In this document: piece by piece, positions 62,959-64,000 of the stretch
Position numbering within the stretch: position 1 is the stretch's first letter
Layout of the letters: each line of letters opens with the position of its first letter
Assembly (NCBI GenBank): GCA_008690995.1
Contig: VRMN01000002.1
Coordinates: 1,550,001-1,614,000 of the forward strand
Direction: 5' to 3'
DNA: 64,000 nucleotides
Origin: Porphyridium purpureum
Lineage: Eukaryota
The notes under the pieces: generated by a model
Databases searched by the model: none
The model's input: only the letters and a program-made list of their open reading frames with translations
What the model was told of the DNA's origin: nothing
Translations under genes and position numbers: made by a program

Positions 62959-64000
62959 CTACCACTCGCTGCCCGACTCCAAAACATTGCCAGCTCGGTC
63001 TAAGAGGGGAGGTACATAGCCGGGACCGTGTTGCACCAGCTGCTGTATTCCCCTCCCTGCGGCAAAAGCTTCCTGGAGGATCGTCCATCCCTGCTCTTCC
63101 TGCTCTCCCTGCTCTCGAGATACGCTGCGCCGTGTCTGGGACAGAGTGTATTGGTCAGCCCGATTCCAATCGACGACATAATTTAAATCTTCCATCGCAC
63201 CCAGCGTGACGGTGCTCAACTTGTCAAGTATGTCTTGAGTGCTGCTCGAGAAAACAGTATCCACAGAGCCAGTCAACAGCTCATGCCGCATGGCCTCTTC
63301 CCTCCAGTGCGTGCAATCTGTGCCACTGCTTGACGCCCGATATTCGACGGGCGGTGTCCCAGCCCCTCCCAGTGTTCTCCATTCGCGTGTGGCCGCGGGA
63401 TATTTGTATTGGGCGTAAGAACCGGCCACGCAGTCCACGCGCGTATTGTAACCTGCGCGCGTCGGAAAGCGGTTGATCCAGAACGAACCGACGCCAAGCA
63501 AATGAAGCATCTCGTGAAGCGTGACATGAATCCAGAACTCAGTCCATGCGGGATATTCGGTACCGAACAGGAAATCCGTAGAGTCAAATACCATTTCACC
63601 GAGGGTCGGAAGCACGTCATAGTTGCACGTGGGCTCCGCATTGGTACAAACCTCCACGTACTGATAATTCTGAGCGCGGCCGACCACGCCTCCGCGACCA
63701 TCCAAGCCGTTCAATCTGTAGTACATGCTCAAGGTAACGGGTGCAGCCACCAGGCGTTGGCCAAGCACAATGGTTTGCAATTTGGCAAGGGCTAACTCGA
63801 ACACTTGGACTGCTCGTGGATCCTGCGCTCCGTTTGGGATCAAGTTGATTGTGAATGGGTAGCAGTCGGCATCACATACCGCCGCGGCGCTTGTGGGTAC
63901 TGGCGTTGGACTCGGCGTCGGCACTGGCGTTGGACTCGGCGTCGGCACTGGCGTTGGACTTGGCGTCGGCACTGGCGTTGGACTCGGCGTCGGCACTGGC
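62959..64000 (-). CDS. Leishmanolysin-like (M8) zinc metalloprotease with Pro/Thr linker; 5' end lies beyond the window
   Basis: LDGRGGVVGRA, HEMLHLLG, HWREE...ELLTG, LSTVTLGAMEDLNYVVD; PTPSPTPV repeats at the edge. Confidence 0.85.
   Translation of the reverse strand, partial: PVPTPSPTPVPTPSPTPVPTPSPTPVPTPSPTPVPTSAAAVCDADCYPFTINLIPNGAQDPRAVQVFELALAKLQTIVLGQRLVAAPVTLSMYYRLNGLDGRGGVVGRAQNYQYVEVCTNAEPTCNYDVLPTLGEMVFDSTDFLFGTEYPAWTEFWIHVTLHEMLHLLGVGSFWINRFPTRAGYNTRVDCVAGSYAQYKYPAATREWRTLGGAGTPPVEYRASSSGTDCTHWREEAMRHELLTGSVDTVFSSSTQDILDKLSTVTLGAMEDLNYVVDWNRADQYTLSQTRRSVSREQGEQEEQGWTILQEAFAAGRGIQQLVQHGPGYVPPLLDRAGNVLESGSEW
63894..64000 (-). repeat. 24-bp coding tandem repeat encoding PTPSPTPV
   Basis: At least 4 copies of ggcgttggactcggcgtcggcact running off the window end. 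Confidence 0.9.

Overview
Gene-dense, nearly intronless eukaryotic nuclear DNA with about 35 protein genes, often in head-to-head or tail-to-tail pairs with short spacers. A nuclear CpcF/CpeZ-type phycobiliprotein lyase, plus five proteins with Phe-motif transit-peptide-like N-termini, point to a red alga, probably Porphyridium-like (inference). Most genes are housekeeping: NDR kinase, TBCD, kinesin-4, DNAJC2, TRAPPC6, Mfd, DPH7, CDKA, VAMP7, UFM1, ERG4, CENP-X, MUB, COX11, PDX2 and VPS50. No rRNA, tRNA, CRISPR array or recognisable transposon was found. The main oddities are: (1) an oxalate-CoA-ligase-like pseudoenzyme with about 325 aa of poly-Ala and coiled coil inserted at its hinge; (2) a GTACAGT/ACTGTAC heptamer, sometimes as a 17-bp palindrome, strongly enriched upstream of genes; (3) RPS27a fused to a divergent ubiquitin-like domain instead of ubiquitin; (4) six Y-x-G-L-S/T motifs in the NDR kinase tail; (5) an (AAACCGAAT)x18 array in a divergent promoter; (6) a fused double glycosyltransferase close to a motif-degenerate sulfotransferase. 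All family calls come from motif recognition, not database searches. Start codons were moved to the likely ATG where the ORF track used alternative starts.
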